This document shows, in pieces, positions 8,088 to 15,953 of a stretch of 55,528 nt of DNA. The notes under the pieces are model-generated. The model worked only from the letters and a program-made list of their open reading frames with translations. It was not told the DNA's origin and did not search any database. The position numbers and the translations under genes are program-made. Each line of letters opens with the position of its first letter. The stretch's first letter is position 1. Source of the stretch: Thermoplasmatota archaeon (lineage in GTDB: Archaea > Thermoplasmatota > E2 > JACPAO01 > JAHFTW01); assembly GCA_041601615.1 (NCBI GenBank), contig JBFIHX010000016.1, positions 1 through 55,528 of the forward strand. The letters are read 5' to 3'.

Positions 8088-9398
8088 CTACTCTTCCTCG
8101 TCGCCGCCTGCCTTAGAGCGCCACTTGATGGCCTCGTCGAGTAGTTGGCCGTGGCGCTTCGTTGCAGCCTTTTGCATCTTCAGGAGCCCTTCATCGGATG
8201 GAAGATCCATGATGTATTGCAGGTCCGCCAGACTGTAGCGCTCACGATTGTTGACGTATGTCTCCAAGGCACCTTCCAGCGTTGCAGCGATGAAATCGAT
8301 GTCCGAGCGGTCCAGGCCGTTGTCGTCCCCTCGATGGATGATGCTGTTCCGAATGTCTGCCATCCTTTCCTGGCGACGTTTGAGCAGTTGTGGTTCGTCC
8401 TTGTATCCAATTAGGCCTGCCATTCTCTGAATGTTCCGGGCAGATGGATCGCGGTCCGACGTCTGGGCAAGCGCCTCGATTCCGCGCCAGAAATGGCTGA
8501 ACATTTCAGTGAACGTGGCTGAGGTCATTGCGTCCTGCAGGTGCGCGAACCCAGTGAGAATAAGTTCGTCGTATTGATTAGATGAATCAAGTTTAGGTAG
8601 CTGCGGACTCATTTCGTCGAAGCGCTGTTTCTCCCAGCCCGTATGTGCATGCGGATGGCGATAGCTATCATCATCCTCCCGCCACACGAGAAAGCGCCCA
8701 CTCGGAGTCTTGACCAAGAAGACGAACGGCCCCCGCAAATTGGACCACCGCCGTGACCCGGATCCTCCAATCCGGAATGGATAGCCCCGGTTGTAATACG
8801 AAGAAAAATTGGCAATTCCCAAGGCGACTCGTAGCGCCGAAGTCACGTGGAGTGCTGCGAATGCCTGATCTCGTGCTTTGACAACACATCGGTAGGGTGT
8901 GAACTTCCGGGGGTTCAGGTCGTGGTGGTTTTGCTCCAAGACGCGGCTCCAGTTCTCACCGGCCTCAGATGTCATCCCATCCCATTCTGAGTGAGGTTGT
9001 GGTTCGAACACGACTCCATTGGCTTCGAGCGTCGGCAGGGTGTCACCAGTCCGCCCGACGATGGGTACTGGCATCCAGGCTTCGTAATCTTCCTCGGGCA
9101 AGGTGTGGAGCAGCATCTGGAAGTTCCTAATGTGGTCCACGAAGTCCTGGGCCGGATCTGCAAGCGCCCTACGCTTCTGGAGTTCGGCGCGGATTGCTGT
9201 TCGGAGACGCTCCACGGAAACCTTTTGCCGTTCGGCATTGAACGGGATTACGGCCGCGATTATGGGAACGAGCTTTTCCACCTGGCTGATGTTGCCATCG
9301 CGCAGCACGATTCGGCCGTTAGAATCGTCCTCGAACCGTTTGGCTGCGTCGTTGAACATCTGACGGAACTCGTCATCGCCAAAGACCATCTTGCCCAT
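8088..9398 (-). CDS. HEPN-domain protein, ApeA-like architecture, putative RNase (cassette 6)
   Basis: C-terminal FWRGIEAL...RNSIIH-RG (RxxxxH). Start uncertain: 9398, 9389 or 9458. Confidence 0.7.
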   Translation of the reverse strand: MGKMVFGDDEFRQMFNDAAKRFEDDSNGRIVLRDGNISQVEKLVPIIAAVIPFNAERQKVSVERLRTAIRAELQKRRALADPAQDFVDHIRNFQMLLHTLPEEDYEAWMPVPIVGRTGDTLPTLEANGVVFEPQPHSEWDGMTSEAGENWSRVLEQNHHDLNPRKFTPYRCVVKARDQAFAALHVTSALRVALGIANFSSYYNRGYPFRIGGSGSRRWSNLRGPFVFLVKTPSGRFLVWREDDDSYRHPHAHTGWEKQRFDEMSPQLPKLDSSNQYDELILTGFAHLQDAMTSATFTEMFSHFWRGIEALAQTSDRDPSARNIQRMAGLIGYKDEPQLLKRRQERMADIRNSIIHRGDDNGLDRSDIDFIAATLEGALETYVNNRERYSLADLQYIMDLPSDEGLLKMQKAATKRHGQLLDEAIKWRSKAGGDEEE

Positions 9399-9456
9399 GC
9401 CGCAGCATGCTGGTAGCGCCAAAAGAGCTCTGCGGAAATTCCGAGGAACCTGCGCC

Positions 9457-9516
9457 ATCTAACGGTCGAACTGACCCGCTCGCCGTAGGCGAGTCGGGTT
9501 GAGTGACTTGTTAGCG
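9457..9516 (-). repeat. attC site (end of cassette 5)
   Basis: + strand reads ATCTAAC GGTCGAACTGACCCG...CGGGTTGAGTGACTT GTTAGCG. Confidence 0.95.
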
Positions 9517-9547
9517 GGCCGTGGGGCATGGCCTCGGAAAAATCACC

Positions 9548-10108
9548 CTAGAGAATTCTATCCGCCAACCATAGCATGATGGCTGTCAAGCCGACGAAGA
9601 AGCCGCCGATCGTGTAGAACCGCTGTGTGGTTTTGTCGCGGCTGTTTATCTCTAGCAAGTCTCGAATTTGGTCAGTCAACGGCTCGAATGCTTCCTCGTC
9701 TAGGTCAACAGATTGTCTAAGTTTTTCGAGGGGAACCCGAAGCTGCTCAGGCATTCCTTCAAAGGGCTGACGTTTTCGGACTTCCTGCAAGTAGCCTTCA
9801 ATGAGATTTTCATGGGGGGCCAAGTCAGGCGCCTCGCCAGTCGTTATTGCCATCAGGGTTTCGCGGTAGACCCGGATTTGGTCGTGGTCCCGAATTCCCG
9901 TCAGGTCGGCGATGTCTGCAATCCTCGACCAGCTCGGCTGAGAGGTTATGGCCGCCCCAGCTAGCCGCTTTGAGAAATCGTGTCGCTGCCGAGTCCTCCG
10001 GTTGGCATCCATGATTTCCTCGACGATTGCGCCAAGGACCCATGCAAAGAATATCATCAAGGCGATTAGCGCCCCCATAACGAGCAAAACGATGAGCCAC
10101 TCTTGCAC
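9548..10108 (-). CDS. Hypothetical protein with N- and C-terminal TM helices (cassette 5)
   Basis: 186-aa ORF with hydrophobic termini and a helical soluble middle. Confidence 0.7.
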   Translation of the reverse strand: MQEWLIVLLVMGALIALMIFFAWVLGAIVEEIMDANRRTRQRHDFSKRLAGAAITSQPSWSRIADIADLTGIRDHDQIRVYRETLMAITTGEAPDLAPHENLIEGYLQEVRKRQPFEGMPEQLRVPLEKLRQSVDLDEEAFEPLTDQIRDLLEINSRDKTTQRFYTIGGFFVGLTAIMLWLADRIL

Positions 10109-10215
10109 GGCCCTAGTCAGCGCGCGCCATTGAAATTAGTTTGTGAATTGAAATCCTGGCTGGCCTCGAAAAGAACCCTGGCGCAGCATATGGCGAGTAA
10201 GCATGTTCCATGGCA

Positions 10216-10279
10216 CGCTAACGGTTGAACTCAGCCGCTCCGAGCAGAGCGAGGAGTCGGCTGGAGCGACTTGTTAGCT
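10216..10279 (-). repeat. attC site (end of cassette 4)
   Basis: + strand reads CGCTAAC GGTTGAACTCAGCCG...CGGCTGGAGCGACTT GTTAGCT. Confidence 0.95.
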
Positions 10280-10282
10280 TGC

Positions 10283-11722
10283 TCACATAAGCAGTCGTGA
10301 TGCTCGCAGGGTTGCGCCATCAAACGCCATTTGGTAGAGAGGCACCATTGACACTCCTTCATCGCGGCACTTGCGAGCCAGAATTCTCGCAATTGCGGCC
10401 TTGTCAGAAAACGGTGTCTTCAGCCCGAATATCACGGCAGTCAAGTTACGGATTTCGTAGCGGACCTTGCGACCGCTGCGATTTGCCGTCAGAACATCCG
10501 AGGTTACCACGCGCCACTCTTCTTCGTGTGACCAAGCAGGCATTTTCGTAGTTGTCTTTCGTCGGAACAATTCCCACAACTCGTTGTGCCAAGATGGTTC
10601 GTCCGTGCGAATCTCGTCAAACAAGGGACTCGTCTTGCCATCGCGATTAGAATACCATGTATCTAGGAGCGTTGGCAGTGGCAGCGTACCCAAAAAACGA
10701 AAGAAATCGGTCTCTGGCGGCACCTGGGCGTACTGTACTTTCTGCAGAGTTAAGTGCATGTCCCCCTCTGTTGGCACGGAGCCATGAGCCGTACTTGATG
10801 AACCGGTAATGCCTCTGACGGGTAGCCTGCAGGGTGAGCCTTCGCCGTGGCCTGCGACGCTAAACTCCAAGGCAACGCCCCGATGTTCGTCTCCGTAGCT
10901 TCCCCACATGGATGGATTGACGTACCCTCCCGAGAAACAGGCAACTTGCCATCCGGAATGGACCAATGAATTGCAAATTCCATCGACGTAATGCTTCGGA
11001 AACGACGAAACTAGGAAGTCGAACTTTTGCAAGTTTAGGGTATCTGGCGGGCTGTCCTGAGCAAGCAAGTGGCGCAGGACCACCCCTGGTCCGAACCCAC
11101 TCGTTGCTGCGAGAAGCAGTTCCATTCGGTCTTCTTTGATCTCGCCATCGGTCAGAGTTTCCACGGCAAGCTTGAAATCCTCAGGGTCGGGCGCCCCGGT
11201 TGGGAACGATGCGGATTCATTGAGAATTCCTTGGGAAGCCATTTCTCGCTGGATGGCTCGGAGCACGAACCCGTGGACCAAAGTCAGTATGTACTGAAGG
11301 GCAAATCTTCGGAGCGGTCGACCCGCAGATGCCAAAAGGGAAGGCAAAATGGCAAGCGCTCCACTAGAGAACACCTCGCTGCAGACCGCATCATATGTTT
11401 GCCGGAAGCGATCAGTAGGTAGGTCGGCCCGTGTCAGGTCTACGCGCAACGCGTCGCGCTCAAACCCTTCCTTGTCAACGAGGAGACAACATGCGTGTGC
11501 CCATAACAGGGAGAGCGCATAGTGTCTGAGCAGATTTTCCCAGAGAATCTCATCCCCGTCCCAAAATACATTTTGGTACCCCTCCAGTGGGTCGTTCAAC
11601 TTGTCAGGAGGCGACAAGAATATTTCCTGTCTTTCCAGTTCTTCGAATTCCCCCAGCAGTGACTCACACGACCTGAAGCGGTAGAATTTTTGATTCTTCG
11701 GTGAGTCGGTTATTTGAGCCAC
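10283..11722 (-). CDS. DUF2971-domain protein (cassette 4)
   Basis: YRFRS, LNDPLEG, ACFS...MWGSYGDEHRGVALEF, K..AWSHEEEWR motifs. Confidence 0.8.
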   Translation of the reverse strand: MAQITDSPKNQKFYRFRSCESLLGEFEELERQEIFLSPPDKLNDPLEGYQNVFWDGDEILWENLLRHYALSLLWAHACCLLVDKEGFERDALRVDLTRADLPTDRFRQTYDAVCSEVFSSGALAILPSLLASAGRPLRRFALQYILTLVHGFVLRAIQREMASQGILNESASFPTGAPDPEDFKLAVETLTDGEIKEDRMELLLAATSGFGPGVVLRHLLAQDSPPDTLNLQKFDFLVSSFPKHYVDGICNSLVHSGWQVACFSGGYVNPSMWGSYGDEHRGVALEFSVAGHGEGSPCRLPVRGITGSSSTAHGSVPTEGDMHLTLQKVQYAQVPPETDFFRFLGTLPLPTLLDTWYSNRDGKTSPLFDEIRTDEPSWHNELWELFRRKTTTKMPAWSHEEEWRVVTSDVLTANRSGRKVRYEIRNLTAVIFGLKTPFSDKAAIARILARKCRDEGVSMVPLYQMAFDGATLRASRLLM

Positions 11723-11808
11723 GCCCCCACGAGCGCGGCAAACGCTCGCTCGACCTTAACGCTGCCCGACGGCTTTCGCGGCTCGTGGCTGCACGGTGCA
11801 TGAGGGCA

Positions 11809-11874
11809 AGCTAACGGTCGAACTAAGCCGCCCCGGAGCGCAGCGGAGGGGTCGGCTTGAGTGACTTGTTAGAT
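11809..11874 (-). repeat. attC site (end of cassette 3)
   Basis: + strand reads AGCTAAC GGTCGAACTAAGCCG...CGGCTTGAGTGACTT GTTAGAT. Confidence 0.95.
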
Positions 11875-11883
11875 TGCGCACCT

Positions 11884-12768
11884 CTACTGGGTCTTGGATT
11901 GAGGAACACCCGCCAATGGGCCGGTTTTCATAATCTCAATTACCAAGGCGTCATGGTGTTTTTTGATGATTTGCACAGAGGGGGCCTTGGTTGCCAGGCA
12001 ACAAGCCATCATGCACTTCATGGTTGTCAGTAAACTGAATTGGCAAACCATGAGTGAGTAAGCACGGGCCTCTGCAGCGGCAGCCTCGCGAAGGTGGTCT
12101 GGTGCATCGGTGTAAATCAAGGCAAGCCAATTGAATGTGTCTTCGGCCAGCATGTGTGTTGCACTGCTAAGGCGATGGTATGTGGATCGGTAATCAAATT
12201 CCATGTCCACGCTCTTGAATCGGTCAATGACCGAGCTTGGCCACGCAGCCTGAGGTTTCTCGGATTTTCGAAGGCCTAATTTCGATTCCATGTAGTTCAC
12301 TTTTTTCCGCGACGATCTGGCGAATTCAATCCGTTGGTCAATTCGATCTACTTCGCCGGGCACGTCGGCATCGGCCAGTTTTCGCCACTGTGCTAACCGT
12401 TTTTCATGATCCGTCAGCCAGGCATCGATAAAGCCCAATATTGGCTGTTCGCCCCCGTGCGCGGCCATATGCATAAGATTCACAGAAGACTCCAAGACTA
12501 CTCTCGCAAGGGCCTCGGCGCTTGTCCACGCTTTCGTGGCCAAACACACAATCATGCCGGAAGTCTGCTCCTCGATGCGGCCAATCAAATTCAAGTAGCA
12601 CCGTATTACAAACATCTCGCGTGGGTCCGGGTTGTCCACTTCACCCAGCCAGTTCGAGGTGTGTTTGTGAACATCGCCAACAGCGTCGATGAGCGGGATG
12701 AGGTTAGAAAGATCCGCGCTTGCCGCCAATGAGTGACGTTCTCGGAAGTTGTCTTCATTGCTAGGCAT
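11884..12768 (-). CDS. DUF5677-like (HEPN-related) protein (cassette 3)
   Basis: AEALARVVLE...WP..V.DRF...YHRLSSATH pattern. Confidence 0.65.
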   Translation of the reverse strand: MPSNEDNFRERHSLAASADLSNLIPLIDAVGDVHKHTSNWLGEVDNPDPREMFVIRCYLNLIGRIEEQTSGMIVCLATKAWTSAEALARVVLESSVNLMHMAAHGGEQPILGFIDAWLTDHEKRLAQWRKLADADVPGEVDRIDQRIEFARSSRKKVNYMESKLGLRKSEKPQAAWPSSVIDRFKSVDMEFDYRSTYHRLSSATHMLAEDTFNWLALIYTDAPDHLREAAAAEARAYSLMVCQFSLLTTMKCMMACCLATKAPSVQIIKKHHDALVIEIMKTGPLAGVPQSKTQ

Positions 12769-12894
12769 GCACGGAGGCCAACCGGTGGCGCGATTTAGAA
12801 GCCACGATTAGCTTTGAAACCCCCCACGTTGTCGGCGCAATTTCCTTTGCCTCAAGACCAAGCCACACTCAATCGGAGAGGCTAGACTCGCGCA

Positions 12895-12975
12895 ATCTAA
12901 CGGTCGAACTAACCCGTCGCGAAGCAGACGCGCTTGCGCGGCTGCGCAGCGGTCGGGTTGAGTGAATTGTTAGGT
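12895..12975 (-). repeat. attC site (end of cassette 2)
   Basis: + strand reads ATCTAAC GGTCGAACTAACCCG...CGGGTTGAGTGAATT GTTAGGT. Confidence 0.95.
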
Positions 12976-13021
12976 CGAATCAGCATAGTTGGGCCTACGA
13001 GGTCGGCGATCTACGCGCCGC

Positions 13022-13651
13022 CTACAGCGCACCTGCTGAGGCAATGGAGGCCATAATCAGCCACCCACCAATTCGCAGCGGCCTAAGTAGCCTTTCCTGC
13101 GCAAGCCGCATAGAGTATGCAGTGTCATGGAGAAATTTCATCCCAAGGGACATCAGCCTGCGCCATGCATCTTGCAATATGTGGAATGCCCAAGGCGACT
13201 TCAGAATCTCTTCCTGGTACTCGGCAAGTGTTTGGTGCGCCACGGACTTCATAATCTCGTCAATGGTCATTGCGCTGAGTCGTCCTTTGCCTTGGTTTTC
13301 CAAACGCGCCTTCAGCCGGTCAAGGCTCCGAATACCGCCCTCAAGCAGAACCCTACGCATGGCGACGTTATCGCCCAGGTCAAAGGCTGCACTGCGAAGA
13401 TGGTCGAAGACGTGGTCGCGAGCCTCGTCAACGGTCCACGAGGGTAGCGCAATTTTTTCCCATGCATCTGCCTCCAGCTCTTTGTAGCGAAGATGCCCGA
13501 AATCAACCACGAAATCAGAAGTAGCTGTTGTGATGTCAAATAAGCCAGTGCTGGGAGATGCTTTCACGTTTTCCAGGTCGGCAGCCACAGCATCTGCAAA
13601 ATTCCATAGTGGTGCTGTGTCAAAATCATCGTATTTTCCCATTTTTTCCAA
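13022..13651 (-). CDS. Hypothetical protein with a C-terminal hydrophobic tail (cassette 2)
   Basis: Longest ORF in the cassette, preceded by an AT-rich leader. No family recognised. Confidence 0.6.
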   Translation of the reverse strand: MEKMGKYDDFDTAPLWNFADAVAADLENVKASPSTGLFDITTATSDFVVDFGHLRYKELEADAWEKIALPSWTVDEARDHVFDHLRSAAFDLGDNVAMRRVLLEGGIRSLDRLKARLENQGKGRLSAMTIDEIMKSVAHQTLAEYQEEILKSPWAFHILQDAWRRLMSLGMKFLHDTAYSMRLAQERLLRPLRIGGWLIMASIASAGAL

Positions 13652-13827
13652 TCTCCTGCAAGGCTCTTTATGTCTTTTTTAGTTAATAAATTTTGTGGCC
13701 ATTTTCCAGGAGAAATGCCTCGAAAACTCGAATATCACTCGTTATGACTGTTTTCCCTCATTATTGATGCCTTCGCACAGGGCACGATGAACCCCACTTG
13801 CACGCGCTGTGGGGCACGGCTGGAGCG

Positions 13828-13887
13828 ACCTAACGACTGAGCTAAGCCGCGAGCCGAAGGCGAGTCGGCTTGAGCGATTTGTTATCC
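13828..13887 (-). repeat. attC site (end of cassette 1)
   Basis: + strand reads ACCTAAC GACTGAGCTAAGCCG...CGGCTTGAGCGATTT GTTATCC. Confidence 0.95.
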
Positions 13888-13991
13888 TGCTATCCCTGGT
13901 AAGTTTGGTCAAGATGCCGCCCGTTCGCTTGCTTTATTTTGATTGCAGCAATGGCAGCAGCAATGGCCCCGTAGGCCAGGTCGTTTCACCC

Positions 13992-14639
13992 ATGCCTTCC
14001 AAACCTACAAACAAGACTGAACGAAATCCCTTTCGCCGCAAACTGAGGGATTCACCATTGCAGGGACAATACACATTGGAAGGGGAGGTGAAGACCAGTA
14101 TTTCTCTATCCGACAAGATACCCGACAATCTCCATACGCTTTTTGTTGGAATCAACCCCGGCGTTCGATCCGCACAAATCGGACACTACTATGCAGGGCA
14201 TAGCAACTGCTTCTGGAAGCTTATGCATGCGAGCGGCCTTTGGCCCGTTCCTATCACTACAGAAAATGACGACGACATGGTCGTGCAAGGTTTTGGCTTC
14301 ACTGATGTTGCAAAGCGCCCAACGCCTGGCGCCAACACTTTGCGGAGACACGATTTTCATGAGGCAGAGGACAGAATTGCCAACACTGAACAAGCGTTCA
14401 GACCGAAGAGCATCGTGTTCGTTAGCAAACGGGCAGCGCGGGAATACCTCGGAAAGCCGTTGCAACCTGTCAGTTATGGGAAGCAGCGATTCAAAATCGG
14501 CTCTGCTGATGTGTACTTCATGCCATCAACGAGTGGGCAAAGTTACGCAGACACAACGTATGAAGAAAAACTGGCATGGTTCAAACGTCTTGCAAAGCAC
14601 ATTTCTAAATACTATTCCTTTATTGAAAAAGCAAATTGA
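13992..14639 (+). CDS. mug: Mismatch-specific uracil/thymine DNA glycosylase, MUG/TDG family (cassette 1)
   Basis: LFVGINPG, GHYYAGHSNCFWKL, GFTDV.KRPT and MPSTSG motifs. The longer ORF start overlaps attC and was rejected. Confidence 0.85.
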   Translation: MPSKPTNKTERNPFRRKLRDSPLQGQYTLEGEVKTSISLSDKIPDNLHTLFVGINPGVRSAQIGHYYAGHSNCFWKLMHASGLWPVPITTENDDDMVVQGFGFTDVAKRPTPGANTLRRHDFHEAEDRIANTEQAFRPKSIVFVSKRAAREYLGKPLQPVSYGKQRFKIGSADVYFMPSTSGQSYADTTYEEKLAWFKRLAKHISKYYSFIEKAN

Positions 14640-15694
14640 TCGATGGTTTTCTCAAAGTTATCTCCACGCAGTTTCAACAAAGTAGGTTTCAAGGATGAGT
14701 GGCATTTAATGAGAATTGAATCCAACAACCCCCGATCTTTTGCTTCCACGGCGGCTTTAGCAAGCAGGGCGTGAAGTACAAGCTTCCAAAAATCATCAAA
14801 ATCACTGGCCTGATTTAGATATTTCTTAGCGTCAAAGCGCCGCCTCCCTTGTTCTTTCCGCGCAGTTATTGTTTCATAGCGAATTTGTTGTTCTATCTCC
14901 AGTATTTTGGCCAAGGTCGGCCTTGGATCTCCCACGCTCATGGCGGGCATTTCAGGCCGACTATCCGGAATTCGGCCTTTGACCACAATGGAAATCCGTT
15001 CATTATCTCGCTCATAGGTGTGAAAACTGCCGGCGTGGTGATGATAACTGCCCAACGACATGCCAGCAGCGCGCGCGACGAACTCTTGAATTAGTGTGAA
15101 TATCAACACATCCAGAGGCAATAGTTGGAGGGCATTCTGACTACGCATAAACGTAATACCATGAACAGCGCCGTTCCGGGGCAGAAATTGCAACGCAACG
15201 GTGCAGGGGACTTCGTCCTCGGCTTCATCCGATTTTTTGCGGTGTGAATCAAATTCGGGAAGGTGCACTACAGCGACACCACGTCGAGTCCAGTTTCGTT
15301 CTTGGATTAGGTCAATCACGCGGTCGATTTGGTTGAAGACGCCAATTCCAAAAATGCGAGGGCCATAGGCACCATGCATACGAAACTTGTCTACGCTGAA
15401 TTGATCTGCGTGTGGATTGTAGTACCGAATGGATTCAAACTCCATCCGACCAGCCATTGTCCATAGCCAATGCCCAAGGGCTTGAACGAGGTTCAGGGGG
15501 TGTGCATCGTTATACGTAATTCGATCTCGGGGGTTTTCGAGCTGAAACGAGTGGCCAATAAATTCGTGGCAATCTCCCTTCGATGGTTTGATTATGTCAC
15601 CATTTTGGACGACGTCAGCGAGCATGGTGATGTACTGTCCATCCCACCCCAAGTCGGCTGTGCGCTGGTCGGGGAGTCGATTGGACATGCCCAT
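14612..15694 (-). CDS. Thymidylate-synthase / dCMP-hydroxymethylase superfamily protein (cassette 1)
   Basis: GAYGPRI, TRRGV, catalytic VPCT, MRSQN...PLDV, GSYHHHAGSFHTYE. Confidence 0.85.
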   Translation of the reverse strand: MGMSNRLPDQRTADLGWDGQYITMLADVVQNGDIIKPSKGDCHEFIGHSFQLENPRDRITYNDAHPLNLVQALGHWLWTMAGRMEFESIRYYNPHADQFSVDKFRMHGAYGPRIFGIGVFNQIDRVIDLIQERNWTRRGVAVVHLPEFDSHRKKSDEAEDEVPCTVALQFLPRNGAVHGITFMRSQNALQLLPLDVLIFTLIQEFVARAAGMSLGSYHHHAGSFHTYERDNERISIVVKGRIPDSRPEMPAMSVGDPRPTLAKILEIEQQIRYETITARKEQGRRRFDAKKYLNQASDFDDFWKLVLHALLAKAAVEAKDRGLLDSILIKCHSSLKPTLLKLRGDNFEKTIDQFAFSIKE

Positions 15695-15775
15695 GAATTA
15701 TTACTTCGTATGATGAAACCTCCGAATGGCGCATGGCACGTACATGCGGGTAATCCGGCAATCCCGGGGGAAGCA

Positions 15776-15810
15776 GGATAACTCCTCCTTCACGGGTTTT
15801 CCCCTAAAGT
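15776..15810 (-). other. attI recombination site (crossover G|TT at 15782/15781)
   Basis: Minus-strand GTTATCCTGCT at 15782-15772 is an 11-bp perfect inverted repeat of the cassette-1 R'' end at 13881-13891. No attC L-boxes adjoin it, and it lies ~170 bp from the intI start. The upstream boundary is approximate. Confidence 0.85.
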
Positions 15811-15828
15811 GTAGCCATTGCAGAGGCG

Positions 15829-15837
15829 TTTATATAA
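15829..15837. promoter_or_regulatory. Archaeal TATA-box-like element between attI and intI (candidate Pc and/or Pint)
   Basis: Reads TTTATATAA on + and TTATATAAA on -, about 47 bp from the crossover. Confidence 0.45.
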
Positions 15838-15953
15838 TACTGGAGCGCAGCATTTCTCATAAGCCTGAATCACCTCCAAGGAATCCCTATCCAGAGTACA
15901 TTCAACTACCCCATTCGCGGTGTTATGTGGACGCGGTATAATTCTGGCCTTCG

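Noticed and set aside
118-13887. Recurring palindromic repeats as a CRISPR array or REP elements
   Set aside because: They are 0.7-2.8 kb apart, flank whole genes and have attC R/L box structure. No cas genes are present.
13809-13991. Long N-terminus of the MUG ORF
   Set aside because: It runs through an attC site into the next cassette, so the start at 13992 is preferred.
15802-15808. CCCTAAA matching the attI1 L box
   Set aside because: It is on the wrong strand and at the wrong spacing relative to the crossover, so it is probably chance.
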